Made by a program: the position numbers and the translations under genes. DNA of 64,000 bases. Source: Mobula hypostoma. Its lineage: Eukaryota. This document shows positions 63,248-64,000 of the stretch, piece after piece; the first letter of the stretch is position 1; each line of letters opens with the position of its first letter. The DNA lies in assembly GCF_963921235.1 (NCBI RefSeq), contig NC_086107.1:100194001-100258000 (forward strand), written 5' to 3'. A model generated the notes under the pieces. It ran no database searches. It was not told the origin of the DNA and saw only the letters and a list, made by a program, of their open reading frames with translations.

Positions 63248-64000
63248 AAAGCCGGACAGTTAAAGGAAGAACCTTTGGATAACGGAGAGAAGAGACAATG
63301 TCACTGGAGTTTTGTGTGCTGAGACTTCAATAGGCTTGAAGCCTTTGAGTGTGAACAGTGATACTTTTTCTTTGGTTTAAAAAAAACTGGCTTCATAGCA
63401 GGGTGAAGTTTACACCGTTTCAACCAAGCCAGAGAATTCCTAGTAGTCATGCAGACATCCACAGTAACCTCGAGCCCTGTGCTGTTCCACTGAGGTTATG
63501 TAACAGCCAGAAGTCCCCGTTTGTAACTCTGGAACCTGCCTGACCTTTTCCCAATTGACCTTGGGACAGTGGAGATTAAGCAGCAAAAGAAGGTTATTAA
63601 AATACTGCAGTCAATACCATTTGACGGAAACCGTGCGTCACTCCTATTGATTGTGACCAAGCCCAGTTAACGGACAGAACAGAGGAGTATTTGTCCTTGT
63701 GTGAGATAAGAATGCAGAGATCACTGTGCCAATTGATCTATTTAAATTTTCACTTTTCCTGCATTAAAGAATCATGCTTTATTAAAGAGTACATGTGTAT
63801 GAATGCAGCGTCCTCTGACATGCCCAGTCATTCACATCAGGAATCCACAGTGTTAGGTGAATTAACTAGTGTTAGGCTGCTATTGCCTGCTGATCCCTGA
63901 ATGGAGACATGGAGAAAAATGCACCTGTTTCCTGCCAGTTAACGTTTTCTGATCCTGTCCTCTACTTATACAAGTGTGTTGGTTGTAGGATTGTCTGTAC

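Noticed and set aside
63596..63786. slc25a38 polyadenylation site
   Set aside because: Several ATTAAA hexamers are present but none is clearly preferred, and the UTR may extend beyond the window

Overview
This is vertebrate (eukaryotic) genomic DNA, most likely from a cartilaginous fish (ray-like; inferred from the repeat repertoire and protein divergence). Two spliced genes lie on the + strand. (1) The last 12 coding exons of non-muscle myosin heavy chain IIA (myh9; 1-25096, about 609 aa of rod and tailpiece) include one GC-AG intron and are followed by a ~2 kb 3' UTR. (2) A complete mitochondrial glycine carrier gene slc25a38 (CDS 44332-63247, 8 coding exons, 286 aa) sits downstream of a CpG island, with a GATA/AP-1 motif cluster around its start exon. 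Introns and intergenic DNA are full of degraded transposons: Tc1/mariner, Tigger/pogo, CR1, Rex1/Babar-like, L1, RTE-related and V-SINE-like elements. The most interesting signal is an abundant Penelope-like element family. Its terminus carries a minimal hammerhead ribozyme motif (consensus AGTC-CTGATGA-AGGGTCTCGGCCC-GAAAC-GTC-GACT), and it repeatedly inserts as fold-back (inverted) units with 13-14 bp target-site duplications, including a ~900 bp palindrome inside a myh9 intron. All calls come from reading the sequence and from recalled family knowledge; no searches or folding computations were run.
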